Positions 63,212 through 64,000 of a stretch of 64,000 bases of DNA are shown here, piece after piece. Within the stretch, counting starts at the first letter, position 1. Each line of letters opens with the position of its first letter. The translations under genes and the position numbers were made by a program. The notes below the pieces were generated by a model, which was given only the letters and a program-made list of their open reading frames with translations, did no database searches and was not told where the DNA came from. Where the stretch lies: contig JAAOMT010000682.1 of assembly GCA_016748015.1 (NCBI GenBank), forward strand, positions 4,709 to 68,708, in the 5' to 3' direction. The stretch comes from Geosiphon pyriformis uo1 (lineage: Eukaryota > Fungi > Glomeromycota).

Positions 63212-64000
63212 TGTTACAAGTAATTATTTGAATAGTTGCAGTAAATAACAAATCTGTAACTTGGTGTTCAATTGATATAAAATGATAGTAATCTAAAGGT
63301 TTTTGTGTTCTGAAAATTTTGATTGAGTCCTTTGTATAATAAACAAAGATTCTCATGTTATTTTATTTGTAGCTTCCCAGAATTGCAATTCCATTAATTT
63401 TTTTCTCAGCTTGGTGGCCAGCAATTCTTTGGTAAGCAATCTATAATTTTTACGTGTTTTATCCACTCACAGGGGTTTTTTGCCAGACAATTTTTGATGT
63501 TAATAACTCAGTACTTAATCCTTAAAAAGTTTAATAAACCATCAACAAGATACAAAAATAAAAAAAAGATAAAATAAAAACAATTAAGCCAAGGCAATAC
63601 AAGTTAGTATCCTGTCAATAGTCATAATCAAGAACTATTGTTTCTGTGTAGTTTAAGTATTAATTACTATCAACATTTAGAGTTGATAGTGAGTAATTAG
63701 ATTTGAAATACTGAATAAGTATATTTATTGATATTTGGAATGATATGGTTTCTAACTAAGAAATAATAACTAATAAATTTCTGTTTTTTTGCTTCTAATG
63801 CTACTGCTATATATACATATTTTCTAGTTTTACAGAATTGCTTTAAATCATCTGTTCTTGCTAACTATTACTTTATTTTCTTACATTATAACTAATTATC
63901 TTATGTTATAGCATGTTATCTGATGTTATTATATGTTATTCTGTGTTATTTTGTGTTATAACACATTATTTTATATTATAATGCATTATCCAATGTTATT
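63212..64000 (-). repeat. E5 5' LTR (partial)
   Basis: TGTTAC at 63212 adjacent to PBS; colinear with 56434-57220. Confidence 0.92.

Larger units (their letters stand above)
56434..64000 (-). mobile_element. E5: internally deleted, apparently recombinant Ty3/Gypsy element (runs off window)
   Basis: 3' LTR 56434-57293; 5' LTR from 63212; PBS TGGTACTCCCTGTAAGG 63193-63209. Gag-PR-Cys-dUTPase-RT ~57700-63190 is joined directly to the accessory ORF C-half (57305-57698); RNase H and IN missing. Confidence 0.9.

Overview
AT-rich eukaryotic, probably fungal, DNA. The TE proteins and decay pattern suggest Glomeromycotina (possibly Geosiphon-like), which is an inference. Only the first 265 bp are a host gene: the 3' end of an eIF5-type W2-domain CDS. 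The rest is a nested, C>T/G>A-decayed transposon stack. It contains a near-erased 'ghost' LINE (~450-2740) and LINE-A (+, ~2741-11820), which carries two solo LTRs. LINE-B (-, 12210-~56110) is interrupted by Ty3/Gypsy elements E1 (13251-23501) and E4 (24680-55045). E3 (31172-51833) sits inside E4, and E2 (34357-44316) plus a solo LTR (45842-46748) sit inside E3. E5 (56434->64000) is a deleted, recombinant copy. The five LTR elements share an unusual plan: TGTTAC...GTAACA LTRs, 4-bp TSDs (E1-E4; E5's cannot be checked) and an elongator-tRNA-Met-type PBS that can pair with a U5 'anti-PBS'. A GUG-initiated single gag-PR-(Cys-rich domain)-dUTPase-RT-RNaseH ORF stops after RNase H. It is followed by a separate ATG-initiated integrase ORF and a conserved non-env accessory ORF before the PPT (E5 has lost the start region, RNase H and integrase). 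All TE reading frames are now pseudogenised. Everything was aligned by eye, so domain borders are approximate.
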